From: Octopus vulgaris
Lineage: Eukaryota
Direction of reading: 5' to 3'
Assembly (NCBI GenBank): GCA_951406725.2
Contig: OX597814.1
Location: forward strand, 200,136,001 to 200,200,000
Length of the DNA: 64,000 nt
Shown here: positions 10,378-23,294 of the stretch, piece after piece
Numbering within the stretch: position 1 is the stretch's first letter
Layout of the letters: each line of letters opens with the position of its first letter
Notes under the pieces: generated by a model
Seen by the model: only the letters and a program-made list of their open reading frames with translations
What the model was told of the DNA's origin: nothing
The model's database searches: none
Position numbers and translations under genes: made by a program

Positions 10378-10636
10378 TAATTATAATAAAGGGTTAATTG
10401 CAACAAGTTGCTCAAAACCACATACCGAAAATATTAGAAATGGCAGCCAAATAGGTCACCATTTCTCCTACTAGTAAAAAAGTCTCCACAAACAAACAGA
10501 TGGGTTGCAAATTCTGTTTGTTTGTGGAGACTTTTTACTAGTAGGAGAAATGGTGACCTATTTGGCTGCCATTTCTAATATTTTCGGTATGTGGTTTTGA
10601 GCAACTTGTTGCAATTAACCCTTTATTATAATTAAT
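10376..10636. repeat. Near-perfect 125-bp inverted repeat, 12-nt loop, within a (TA)n-bounded PLE-like block (10372-10740)
   Basis: Arms 10376-10500 and 10513-10636 are reverse complements, with one homopolymer indel seen. Confidence 0.9.
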
Positions 10637-10730
10637 ATAATCCTTACCAAATATGGTCTTTTCCATACCAATAAAACTACTAAGTGAAATTTATTAATTT
10701 TATTAAATTAATCATATTTCATCCTTTTTG

Positions 10731-10763
<33 letters not shown>

Positions 10764-11597
10764 CATGGATAAATATATTCATGTATATTCACATATAGTT
10801 AAACACACATACATTTTGATGTCCATCCTATAGGATGTACAACAAAATGACCAGGATTTGAAGTTTTGCCAATCAGCAAAATTTCATTCCTTCAGGGAAT
10901 GTTTTGCTATTATTATCCTTAAATGTGTTGTAAACTATAAACTTTTTTTAACACACACACACACATATATATATATATCAATGAAACATTAAAACAAGTG
11001 ATATGCAATTTGCAGCCAGGATAAGCTGAATATGATCTGTTTGATGTACAGTGTGAACTTTCGAGATACCTTCCGGGCAGCTGCGTTGAGAAAGTTATTG
11101 CGTATTAAACGTATTGGAATTCACATGCTAGAGATAAAGGCTGTATTATGACTGTATTATGAACTTGTAATAAGAATAGATTATGTATTTGGGGCTATAT
11201 GGGAAATCCACAGGGCAGAGAGAGATTAAGACAGATTTAATTGTAAAGTAGCTAGATGATCAATTGAGGCTTTGCAAGTGAAATAATACAACACGAGGAT
11301 ATATGTCAAGCCGTATGACCCACACCAGCTGATGAAATGATAAAATATTGAACGTGTATTGAAAATTAATTATCTTGATGAGGTTGAGAATGTCAATCAC
11401 CATAGCTTGTTTGGCCTCTATTTTTATAAATATAGCTGTAGTTACTTAACATACACCAACTAGTCTCTCCTATAATTATACCGGTTCATTTTTTACAACT
11501 CTATCTTTTTAACAAAGTAATTCTTAAATGTCAGATATTATCATTTTGATCTAATTTTAAATGTCTTCTGAGTTTTTCTTTATTATTATTATTATTA

Positions 11598-11860
11598 TCA
11601 TCATTAAACGTCTGTTTTCCAAGCTAGCATGGGTTGGACGGTTCGACCGGGGTCTTGTAAGCCATGGAGGCTGCACCAGGCTCTAGCCTGATTTGGCAGT
11701 GTTTCTACAGCTGGATGCCCTTCCTAACACCAACCACTCCGTGAGTGTAGTGGGTGTTTTTTTACGTGCCACCGGCACTGGAGCCAGAGCAGGCTGGCAA
11801 ACGGCCACGATCGGTTGGTGCTTTTACATGTCACCGACTCGAACGCCAGTCAGGCGACAC
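11598..11860 (-). mobile_element. RTE LINE 3' tail
   Basis: Matches the reverse complement of 56700-56938. Confidence 0.8.
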
Positions 11861-11874
11861 TCATTATTATGATT

Positions 11875-12055
11875 CAATGCGACAAGCTGGTATTTCGCCT
11901 GTTACTACATTCTGAGTTCAAATTCTGCCAAGGTTGACTTTGCCTTTCACCCTTTCAGGGTTGATAAATTAAGTACCAGTGAAACGCTAGGGTCAATGTA
12001 ATCGTCTAGTTCCCTCCCACCAAATTTGAGACCTTGGCCTTTAGTAGAAAAGATT
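11875..12055 (+). mobile_element. SINE family B (Meta-domain-like core)
   Basis: gagttcaaattc B box followed by ttgcctttcaccctttcagggttgataaattaagtaccag. Confidence 0.75.
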
Positions 12056-12190
12056 ATTATTATTATTTCATAAATGAACAACTCCCTACATTGGGCTACA
12101 AGTAACATCAGATGCCAAGAACCTTCCTAAATATCCTAGCTGTCTCTAATAATACTGTTTTCTGCAGTTGCACTAAACTAGATTTTATGC
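12054..12190 (-). pseudogene. R4/Dong-clade non-LTR retrotransposon 3' end
   Basis: Minus-strand translation QLQKTVLLETARIFRKVLGI*, typical C-terminus of RLE-type LINEs, followed by a (TAA)n tail. Confidence 0.65.
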
Positions 12191-12269
12191 CTATTTCTCT
12201 TATCCAGGAATACATTTTACTCACACTTTCCATTACCTTTGTAACTCAATTGTCATTGTCGTCGTCATC

Positions 12270-12470
12270 ATCATTATTATTATTATATATGTTGCACAGT
12301 ATACAATATTGTGAGGTTGTTGATTGAAGATATTGTGTATAGCAGGGGTTTTGTATTGTCTCTCAAGTCACAACAAGGACCTCAGACAGACTGTACTTTA
12401 CGAAATATGCATGCAGTTCCAAGTAACACCAAATTTTGCAATACACTTAGATTGTCTTGTTTGTCATCAA
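12270..12470 (-). pseudogene. Second R4/Dong-clade 3' end
   Basis: Minus-strand LSVLQNLVLLGTACIFRKVQSV* then short UTR and (TAA)n. Confidence 0.65.
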
Positions 12471-13570
12471 ACACCCTTATCCACTAGGCCACAAAGCCAG
12501 TAATACTACTTACACAAAGTATGAGATATTTAAATCTATTCTAATGATTGGTTATTGATTACATTAGTCTGATAGATTTAAATATATCATTTTCAATCTA
12601 ATTATTGCAGTTGTCTCAGTGGTCTTGTGGGTAGAGACATGGACACAGCAACACACAAACCTCTTTGACAAAGGATCAATCTTGGCCTGTACTGATGAGG
12701 CTATTTGTAAAAGTATCCAGTTTTTTTTTCTTTCCCTTCTCCATTTACAGAAAAAATGCATCAGGGCATTGATTATTATTATTATTATTATTATTATTTC
12801 TTAAATAGATCCTTATTAATATTTTTTATTTGAAAGCTTTGTCTTTTAAAACAATGAGGTCATATCCATTTTCATTAGTTCATTTCTGCTCAGAAATATT
12901 AATTGGTTTTATCCCCCTAAAAATGAGTGGGATATATTTTATTTTTATTTTCAGGTGTCTGCTTCAAAAATATAAATATCTGAGTTTTATTTTTCACATT
13001 ACTTTGTCATTTACCTAGATAATTATTGAGCTCTAAATTAGGCAAAAGCCCTCACATTTTGCAGAGGTTGCAGTCAATTAAGTTGACTTTAGTAAAAAGG
13101 AAGTGTTAGAAACAGGCATGTGCTTAGATAATGTCTTACCACTATTACAAAATCATAAAAGACCAGGCTTTCAATTAAAAAGTTATTACTGAAATTCATT
13201 AGACAAACTTATTTGAGAAGAGCATGTGAGAGCAGACCTTGAAAAGAGAGGGCAAGTCACTGAAAAGGTGACAATTAGTGACAAAAGAGGACATAGACTA
13301 AAAAACAACTGATTGATTGTTTAACCAACACATTAAACAAATGACTGATGAATTAGTTGGTTAGATATTTAACCAATTGACTGAGAGTAAAGAAGTGATA
13401 ATGAACCAGTGCATGTGTTTATTATTATTGGTGTAATGACCCCACCACCACAAGACAGTAAGATTTATTTAAGAATAGTACTGGGGAAATATTTCACTTT
13501 TGTATTTGGTTTGCAAGATTCTTGATGTGTTGTATCTTTGGAGGATCATTATTCATTTCTTTATTAATTA

Positions 13571-13866
13571 CTAGCAGTATCGCCTGGCGTTGCTCGGGTT
13601 TGTAAGGGAAATAACTATATAAGCATTTTTAGAGAGTTATAGCCAAAAAATAGCAAAAAAATGCATTAAAAATGGGGAAAAATGATGGTAAATTTTTTTT
13701 TAAATCGTAGAATCATCGTAGACGCGCGCTAATACCCAGAAGGGCTCGATATGAATCACTACTATAAGATACCCGGTTTTGGTTAAACTGCACCGCAAAA
13801 TGTGGGAGTAGTTAAAAATCTAAATCGTAGGAGACAGACACACAACTTGACTTTTATATATAAAGA
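13571..13866 (-). mobile_element. Non-autonomous Helitron (same family as 790-1182)
   Basis: Minus strand a|TCtttatatataaaa ... cccgagcaacgccaggcgatactgCTAG|t; inserted at an AT dinucleotide. Confidence 0.85.
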
Positions 13867-14027
13867 TTTGTGAAATGGTTAACAAATTAACTACTTAACT
13901 AATCAGATGTTTCATTAATTGTTTGGTTAACCAATTGATCAATTAGGTTTGTCAAAGTCTTTTTGTCAGCATATGGGATCTCATCAATAACATACCTTCT
14001 CTATTCCAGGTCTGCATATTCTATTAT

Positions 14028-14415
14028 TGTTTTACTTATTTCAGTCATTTGAATGTGGCCATGTTGGAGCACCACCTTTAGTTGAGCAAATTGACCCCAG
14101 GACTTTTCTTTCTAAGCCTAGTACTTATTCTATTGGTCTCTTTTGCCGAACTGCTAAGTCACAGGGTCGTAAACACACCAGCATCGGTTGTCAAGCCATG
14201 TTGGTGGGGACAAACACAGACACACAATCATATACACACACACACATATATATATATATGACAGGCTTATTTCATTTTCCATTTACCAAATCCACTCACA
14301 AGGCTTTTGTCAGCCTGAGGCTACAGTAGAAGACACTTGCCCAAGGTGCCATGCAGTGGGACTGAACCTAGAATCATGTGGTCAGTAAGCAAGTTACTTA
14401 CCACACAGCCACTCC
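14028..14415 (-). mobile_element. SINE family A, full length
   Basis: Complete reverse-complement match to the + strand copies. Confidence 0.9.
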
Positions 14416-15287
14416 TTAAAAACATCAAATCCAATAAGGTAATACTTTAAGAACAGATAAGTATGATATAATATAGTAACATATTTAAAGAATAATGTTC
14501 TTGAATTGTCTATATGAGAAAATAGAACATCTTAAAGCAATCAAAGCACCCACTGATACAAGTATTATGGGTGTTGTAAAATTGTACAGACAAGACAAAA
14601 TAGCCAAGAAATTTGATTGATAAATTAAATAAGTGGTGCAAATTGAGTCTGAGATTTTGAGTTTCAGGTTTGATTTTCTATAAATCTCTTTGCTAGGTTG
14701 ATGGGTGAGGGAATAACATTAATTTAATTCATCAGGTGACATTTAGACATTTAAATGGAGAATGCCATAAATTACAGCAAACCGTTGTACATTTAGGTAT
14801 AATATTTCCTATATTAATATCACCAAGTAATATTCTAAATAACGAAGTGAATAAACAACTATTAAATTTCAGTTTCTCTTTGATGCACCTGTTAATTAAT
14901 TTCTAAGATCCAATAGAAACTACTTTACGTCAAGGAATTGTGTCATAAAAGTTGAAAGACGAAATCCTGGAGAAGAGGAAGTGTAAATAGAGCATTTAAA
15001 TGGGAATAGCTAGTTTGTGAAATGGGAATCTTTCCTGATTGAAACTAAAAAGTCTGAACCAATAAAAACGTGGAAATGTCAAGAGAAAGTCTAATCACTG
15101 ATTCTTATTACGCATGTATTGAACTCTCAAATATCTTATTTCGATATTTTATCGAAGGGACGTGGTGCAGAAAGCCGAGTGTTCTATTTAGTTTTAATAT
15201 ATCGTGCTTCCAAATTCAAATCTCATTGAAGTTAATTTTTACTTTCACTTATTCAGTATCCTTATTCAATATGGAACTAGCATACAG

Positions 15288-15701
15288 GGATCTTTTTGGT
15301 TTGAATGGCAGTTTTTAAACCATAGATAACTAAAAAATTTTAAACTTCGTATACTGGTAGAATATGTTTATAAAACATCTTTTTCTCTTGACTTTATTGA
15401 GAAAATTCTATAGTTTGTAAGATATTTGTTTTTTTTCTTCAATTTCTGCAATTTCAACCAATCAGTGACGTCCACTGAGTTAAAAAACATTCTGTGCCAT
15501 ATGAATATGTCCCTCTTTTAAGAAACAGATTGGGTTTATTTACATTTGTGAAGAAAAAAAGATACCCTTGACCCCACCCCCACCCTAAACCTAACCCTAA
15601 AACAGATTGAAATGCAATAGATCGATACTAGGGTCATAATTATGGGTGACAATTTCATATGACACAGCTAGAAAAAACTGCCGTTCAAACTGAAAAGATC
15701 C
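15288..15701. mobile_element. MITE with 30-bp TIRs and 8-bp TSD (possibly Merlin-like)
   Basis: TIR ggatctttttggtttgaatggcagttttt / aaaaaactgccgttcaaactgaaaagatcc; TSD gcatacag at 15280-15287 and 15702-15709; superfamily is a guess from GG termini and 8-bp TSD. Confidence 0.8.
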
Positions 15702-18649
15702 GCATACAGGGGATCTTAACTATAAAATTCCAACCTGATTGAAAATGACTTTGTGCCACATTAAAACACATCAATATTCAGTTTAAGAAAAAAATTGCCA
15801 AATTTTAGCATGAATAGAGTTTATAAAAACAATAGGTTTTCCTTTTCATACAAATCGGTAAAAATTATTTCTTAAATTCTGCAACTTTTTTTCTTTTTTT
15901 TAATTCTTAATTACTGATATTTAGTGACCTAATTTTCACTAATTACCCCAGACATATTTCAAGCTACCTATTGATTGCTGTATCACAGGGATTAAATCAT
16001 TTTCTGTAAACTCAGCATTTTTTTTAACGTGTCTCATCAGCCATTCAACTTTATATTTATTTCTATATTTAGTACAAGTTACATTTTCTCAATTACATTT
16101 AGTTCATCATTACTGCTTCTTGTGTAATAATTACCTTTTCTCTGTTGGTTTGTATTAATTCAATACAAACATTCAATATCCTTCTGTCTCCCTTCTATTT
16201 CTCAAAAGTTATTGTTCTTTTATACAGAACATCTCTTATAGAAATTTCTTTAGATTAGCCTCCTTTTTTTTTTCTCATACAGCATTGTACAGATACATTT
16301 CCAGTATTATTGATATTAATAATCTATCAAAAAGATGCTGTACTTTTGCTTAGTCTATCAGGGCAGTATTTCATCATCCGAAAAACCTAGAGGTAGTTTG
16401 CATCACAGTCAGTTCAGTTAACAATTACCAAACTTCATGACACTTCAAGCTAAATATATAAGCTTTCACCTGAGCTGTTCCTACTTCAACAAGCTGCTCC
16501 TTATTCCAGGTAAAAAAAAAATGCACCTTGATAATTCACTTTCAACCAGAATGCCATCATTCTTATCATGATTACATATTCAAAAGGTAATGTTTTAGTC
16601 AAATTCATTAAGAAACAGTTACTTTAATGCTGTTCAAACATTGTCATTAATTATACTTCAAAACAAGAAACCTATAATTTAGTGTATATAATTTGCTTCC
16701 TTTCTGCCACATTTTATATTCCTTCTTTAAACAATTCAACATCATCTCCATAATAACAACAACTTGATTTAATGCTTATACGTGATCTAAAATAGAATAT
16801 TTTGTTAGATTAGTCTTCTAGAAAACACTTACTTTTAAATAATTTATCACACACCTCATTATTTTGACTCTTTGAAATATAAATTCAATTTAAGTATCTT
16901 CTTCAGATGATGCAATATGAACATATAACTTAATACCTGTATCTAACAGACACTTTACATCCATTGAAAGTACTTTTACTATCATCATCACCATCATCAT
17001 AATCATCATGAAATTTCTATTTCTGTACAAATCCCTTCTTTGTAAGTAAAATAAAGGAAGAAATCTATCAGTGAAGAAATAGTGTTCATGTTTATGTTTC
17101 TGATGTTTTGAAGTTAAATATACAGCATCTATAAAGATGTAGTTCAATCGTCGAGACAAAGAAGTCATTGTTACTTTTTTTTTTTTTTTTTTTTTTTACT
17201 ATCAAAAAGTTTTATTATTTCACTGTTTCGCTACATTATTTGTAACTTGTCAGTGCATGCTTCTTCTTCTGGGCTAGTCATGCGTTGACCTTTTTTGAGA
17301 TCCTGCTGTCTTGAGCTATTAATACACCAGATAAATAATGTATTTGTAAATGATTAACCATAATAAAAAAAGATGACGCTAACTGTTAACAAACACTATT
17401 TATATATATATATGAAAAATCATTCGATTGTGTATATGTGGTTATAGCCCAGAAGATGTGGGTTACTATGATGTGCCAGAAAAGAATGTCATCGCAACAG
17501 GTACAAGACATCCTAGAAGTAAATGTCATGGTAGACTTAGACGGTTGATTCTTAAATGAAGTTGAAGGTGGGAGTGCAGGGGCATGTTCAATAAGCTTTT
17601 TTGTTTGTTGTTCTAATGAACTTCAAAACATTGAAGGAATCAATTGGAAGTGGAAGGAAAGAGAAGGCATTGAAAAGTATTTGGTAGATTTATACTGGTG
17701 ACGTTACTTTGCCAATTAATGAAATTAATGAAATATGAAAATTAGAATGCAAAGAATTATATGCAAGATTCACAAAATGCAACTATATTTTTAGCATATA
17801 TACTTTTTTTATGAATATGATACTTTGGACAAAACTTTTATAGATAACTTGCTAAAATACTAAAAAACATTGTTGGGTGTAACTTAAAATAAAGATTCCT
17901 ATTATAATGTAAGGTAATCATTAATTTTAATGAGTTCTTTTCACAACCAGTTAAATATCTTACTTATCTTTCCTGAACATGGTTTTTCCTTTATTTAGCC
18001 ATTAAACCTTCTTATAATAAATAACTGTGTGCAAGAAATTTCTTCTTTTTCTTTTATTACTTCCTTTAATCATTTAAGTTTTAAGTTAACATGTTTAATT
18101 TTTTAATTCTGTTTAATTTTGATTAAAAACTGTATTTTTTGTATGTAAAGTGTGTTGTTTATCATGACTGTTTTAATGTCTGTGTGTCCCTGATGGCATA
18201 GGTCAGTCAAGTTTCCGGAACAGCAAATCCCCATTAATTTTGATTCTGAATAATCATCTCTTCTGTGAGGTCCACCATTCAGAAATCTTAACTCACAGCT
18301 ACTTACAACGTCAGTAAACGAAACAAATTTTTCTTGATAGATTTATGATTGTCTGATGAAATATTCCATCTTCTGACATCTACAGCTTCCTCTTCTAGTT
18401 TAATCATGCTAACATTCATCTCCCGTTCTTGTATACATTATATTTCACAACATAATTCATTTTGTTGTAGTATTCTATATCTACTGAATTACTGCTTTGT
18501 AGAAAAAATGGTTCTTTAGCCTTTACATGTTTCATCAAATAGCCAATATATCACTGTTCTTTCTTTTTTTTTTTTTACTTTTCTTTTTCTGAATATATAT
18601 TTAAGCCTACTTAAATAATCACTTTTCACTATATCACATGGAAGTTATA

Positions 18650-18885
18650 CTCTTTACTCTTTTACTTCTTTCAGTCATTTGACTGCGGCCATGCTGGAGC
18701 ACTGCTTTTCAGTTGAGCAAATCGACCCCAGGACATATTCTTTGTAAGCCTAGTACATAATCTGCCTCTTTTGCTGAACGGCTAAGTTACGGAGACATAA
18801 ACACACCAGCATTGGTTTTCAAGTGATGTTGGGGGGACAAACACACACACACATATATACATATATATGATGGGCTTCTTTCAGT
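18650..18885 (-). mobile_element. SINE family A, 3' part
   Basis: Reverse complement of the family A tail. Confidence 0.8.
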
Positions 18886-19649
18886 TACAAACTTTATAGA
18901 ACTTCCTACCTACCACCCAAGAAAGTCTCCATTTTTGCTGGCCACTTGGTGATATTACATGCACTCAGTAATATTTTAGCCTGAGCCTCATCATCCTGTA
19001 TAATACACAGCAAACAGTTATAAAATATCTTCCAAACTAAGAAAGGAGCATCTTTGTGGTTGCTCAATCAGCTAAAATCAGGGGCCTAATTCTCCTCATG
19101 CCATACTCTACCATCTTAAAAAAGGAATACATTTGATATTGTATCCAAGGGGACACTATGCCCACCCCCACCAAAAATACAAAAACAAACATATACACTA
19201 AAAATTACAGTTATAAGGCCTCCAATCAAAGATCTGCTTAACCAAGACTGTCTTGGGTCTTGATAACAATAAAACCTCTGCTCATGTGAAACCAACACTG
19301 CAACAAGGTTTGTGAAAGCATTTCAATCACACCCCAACATGTTACCTTGTTCCTATCTTCATCGAACTCTTCAATCTCTCTCTCTCTCACACACACAAAC
19401 TCTTTGCTACTGTTTAAAAATATACTGCAGTTTGTACTATATCAAGAATACCAACATCTATCACTTCACTAACAACTTACTCATTGTTCTCCCTTCTAAC
19501 ATATCAGGGATTATAGAAACAGATACAGCCAAAAGCAATCTTCATCATCACCTTTTTCTCTTTCTCTCTCTCTTTCTATTCAGTAACATCCATTTTGGCT
19601 TCTATAAAATCAAATTCACTGGAGTTTTACTTTCAAATCACATTCAACA

Positions 19650-20570
19650 GTTTTGAGAACTTTGGTGAAAGCAATTGCCCTCAACATTAGCAAACAATTT
19701 AACTATGTTCTTCATAGGATTTATCTTGTCAGCATACCCAAACATGGCCTACACTCATCTCTCTATTCTGAGATTGAAAGATTCCTATCGTACTGTTGCT
19801 GCATGGGCCAATGCGGCTTTCTTTAATCACACCGTTTTATCAATTCTGGTGTACCCCAAGTTTCAACAATGTCTCCCATGCCCTTCCTGCTGAACACAAG
19901 CAACCTACTTGCTATCACATTTAACATCTCACACGTCTATACTGATGATCTTAAACTTCACACTCCTGTAGCCTTCCATCACAGGAGTCATCTGCAAATA
20001 ACATAAACAGCTCAAGCTCTATGGCATTGAGATCCTTCTTCAGTGGGGACTTGAGACATGACAACCACGTCTCTTTCAAAAACAATTTATATATAACTAG
20101 CACTATGACCCGGCAACGCCGAGTCATAGTGCTAGTGCATGCATGCGCACATACACGCGAGTACTGTCCAAATCTCCGACCAATCACATACAGCTAGCTG
20201 GCATTCAATTGGCGTATCAAGTTTTGGGCATTTTGATTGGGTATTGGATAGAAAATTCACAAAAAGTCACTTCTGTTGATTTTTAATGGCTTTGCGGGGT
20301 GACTGGGGAAATGTAAAGATGTGCATGACCACCCTTGGATGGTTTTGAATGACCATAGAAAGTGCGAGCCCTCTAACTGAAAAACTGTGGATTTGTATAA
20401 AGGACACGCACACAGACATTTTGCCGTTTATAGATATAGAGATAACACCCATCTGTGCACACATCAAGAGGGATTTGAAACTCTCTCCTTCCCCATGTTT
20501 TTCCTGCAAACACTGACAGATGTTCAAGCGGAATGTCATCTGTACCATTGTAAGCACACTCAATTGTCAT
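19650..20570 (-). pseudogene. Highly degenerate LINE RT fragment interrupted by a Helitron
   Basis: Remnant peptides ..CQCLQEKHGE.. and ELFMLFADD (YADD-like) on either side of 20097-20442. Confidence 0.4.
20097..20442 (-). mobile_element. Non-autonomous Helitron, second family
   Basis: Minus strand a|TCtctatatctataaacggc ... long terminal hairpin ending CTAG|t. Confidence 0.8.
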
Positions 20571-20612
20571 AGATGTGGGTTCCCTCCCTACCGGTTATGG
20601 TATTTGTCAATA

Positions 20613-21010
20613 GTGGAGGCGCAATGAACCAGTGGTTAGGGCAGCGGATTCACGGTCATAGGATCGTGGTTTCGATTCCCAGACCGGGCTTTGTGAGTGT
20701 TTATTGAGCGAAAACACCTAAAGCTCCATGAGGCTCTGGCAGGGGATGGTGGTGATCCCTGCTGTACTCTTTCACCACAACTTTCTCTCACTCTTACTTC
20801 CTGTTTCTGTTGTACCCTGTATTTCAAAGGGCCGGCCTTGTCACTCTCTGTGTCACGCTGAATATCCCTGAGAACTACGTTGAGGGTACACGTGTCTGTG
20901 GAGTGCTCAGCCACTTACACGTTAATTTCACAAGCAGGCTGTTCTGTTGATTCGGATCAACTGGAACCCTCATCTTCGTAACCGACGGAGTGCTTCCAAG
21001 AAAAATCCCA
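20613..21010 (+). mobile_element. tRNA-derived SINE, family E, full length with TSD
   Basis: Head ggaggcgcaatg..cagtggttagggcagcgg..ggtttcgattccc; 11-bp TSD atttgtcaata at 20602 and 21011; head-only copy at 37131-37247. Confidence 0.9.
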
Positions 21011-22544
21011 ATTTGTCAATAAGCTTGCATTTAAATTTTTTAGATCTTGTGATCTAATTTGTGTCTTGTGCTGGTTCTATTTAAACTATATTCATATGAT
21101 GTCCTTCCATCTTCTGAGTAGTAGCCTTAAAGTACTTGAAGAAATTGTTTATAAATTAAAGTAAAACAAAAACAAAAAATATATATATAAATAACTGAGA
21201 AGTCATTTCTATATAGAATTTTCTTTTTGAGCTCTTAATAGGGAGCTGACATGATATTCTGTTGAGGGGAAAATGACTATTATTACTGCTACAATAGATT
21301 CTGTTGTCTTCTAACTATTTCTTCCAACCAGTTAATTGGCTATCAAGCCGATGGTAATGAATTTAAAATATGGAATCCAATCTTGCAGAAACATTAATTT
21401 TCCAACAACTTCCTATTTAACAATGGAAGGTGACATAATTATTTCCATCAGCTGCAGAAATGGTCTTTTATTGTCCCTTTATGTAGGTATACATTAGTAT
21501 TATATGCTGTTCTCGTGTTTATCATGATTTGAAATCAATGTAGAGGGTTTGCAAACGGGCAGTATCACATATAAAAAGAAAGTTTTACACTCAAGCCATG
21601 AGTTACTTATTCTTGACTTCTTCCATGTAAGAGGAAGCATCCAACAAATTAAGTCTGTTCTACAAATTAAGCTTGTCTCTCTGGAAAAGTTGGATCAAAG
21701 AAAATTGACAATCAAAAACATATATTTTCTGCTTAGTATAAGATATGATAGCAAAGGATTTTAAAAAGCCTGTTATCATCTTTATAACAGTTTCAAATAG
21801 ACAACGTATCTTTTACAAAGTCGTATGATAATAATTTATTCTTGAACAGTTACTGAGTATCCTATATGCAAACCAAATGGGTCTAAGACCGAAGTATTGC
21901 TGACAAATTTTAATTGGTTATTCACCATACTCACAAAAATATTGTTCATCTGATTGGAAAGTCATTACATGATAAACTGCTGTATTCCCTGAACGAGTGA
22001 CCCCCTCACTGCCATTTCCATAAGTACATTCACCCACACTTTGTGATTGTATACTCCATACAACTATACTCAAGAAATTTATTTACATAGGCACAGGCAT
22101 TGCTGTGTGGTAAGAAACTTGTCTCCAACAGGCGGTGAGCTGGCAGAAATGTTAGCACGCCGGGCGAAATACTTAGCAGTATTTCATCTGCCATTACATT
22201 CTCAGTTACTCAACTAATTCTGAGTTACTCACCTATATTCTGAGAATTGCAGATATAGACATCTTGTTTTTATAACTTCAGTTTTTTGCTGAGATTGCCA
22301 GGTCTTCTTGAGCGCTCTTTATAAATTCTCTAAAGTCTGAGATGACTAGAGTGTGATGGGATGGAGCTCATAGCAAAAATCAGTTCAGTTGTAACTGTGT
22401 GTGCTGTGGGAGAGAATCCCAATGATTGTGGTACAGGTAACTGTTGGGAAAGGAATATAAAGGATATTGGAATGTTGTAAATAAAGGAAAAAGAGAGTGA
22501 GATACGTATGGAGGAAATGAGCAAATAGAGAGGATAGTGGCAGG

Positions 22545-22584
<40 letters not shown>

Positions 22585-23294
22585 AAGAGTGTGGATAAGA
22601 AAAGAGAGAAAGTAATGAATTAACATAATTAAAACGGATAAGAGAAAAGTCATTAACGATTTTTATATTTATCAATCATTTTTACATATTGTTTTTAAAA
22701 AATGCTATTGTTTAAAATTCAAAAGTGAATAAAAGTGAAAACCCAATGGGCTCTTAACTTTTTTTCATGTTTTTGTTATTTAATTTACTTTCATATTTGC
22801 TTTTAAGTATCTTCATAGTAGTGTTTTAAAAAAATGTAATCACACATTTTCCTATTTAATCCTAAGAAAGAAAATATAAGAAAAATTTAAAATAAGTTTT
22901 ATTGTTTTTCATCTGCCTGCAATTTCCTACTCTTTCTGTATTTTAAATTATTTGTTAAAATAATGAACTACAAAATACTTATTTAATTGGGCTGCAGCTA
23001 TAACACAGTTTCATTAACCTATATAATCATCATGTTGAGATTATTACGATTTCAACAGAAGGTACGCTTCAGTTTTGACAAAGCTTGTTCTTTTGATTAC
23101 ATTTCCTAGTTTGATATATTGCTTGGTCATTGAAAAAGTTACCAACTACCATGGTCATATTAAAAAACTAACTTTTTGTTTGACTGATTTAAAATATCTG
23201 AAGAGTGAAAAATTTATGTCTGTACAATAAGAGCTGATTCACTACAGGGTATCTGGTTAGTTTAATAATCCAAAATGATCCCCAAATTTAGAAT

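Noticed and set aside
12611-12706. Possible exon after ttattgcag
   Set aside because: Weak donor (gtaaaa) and no recognisable peptide in any frame.
15582-15600. Telomere-like ccctaaacctaaccctaa
   Set aside because: Only three degenerate units, internal to a MITE.
17448-17500. Possible exon PEDVGYYDVPEKNVIAT, phase-compatible with 60963
   Set aside because: No polypyrimidine tract, weak donor (gtacaa) and an in-frame stop just upstream without an ATG; cannot be supported without RNA data.
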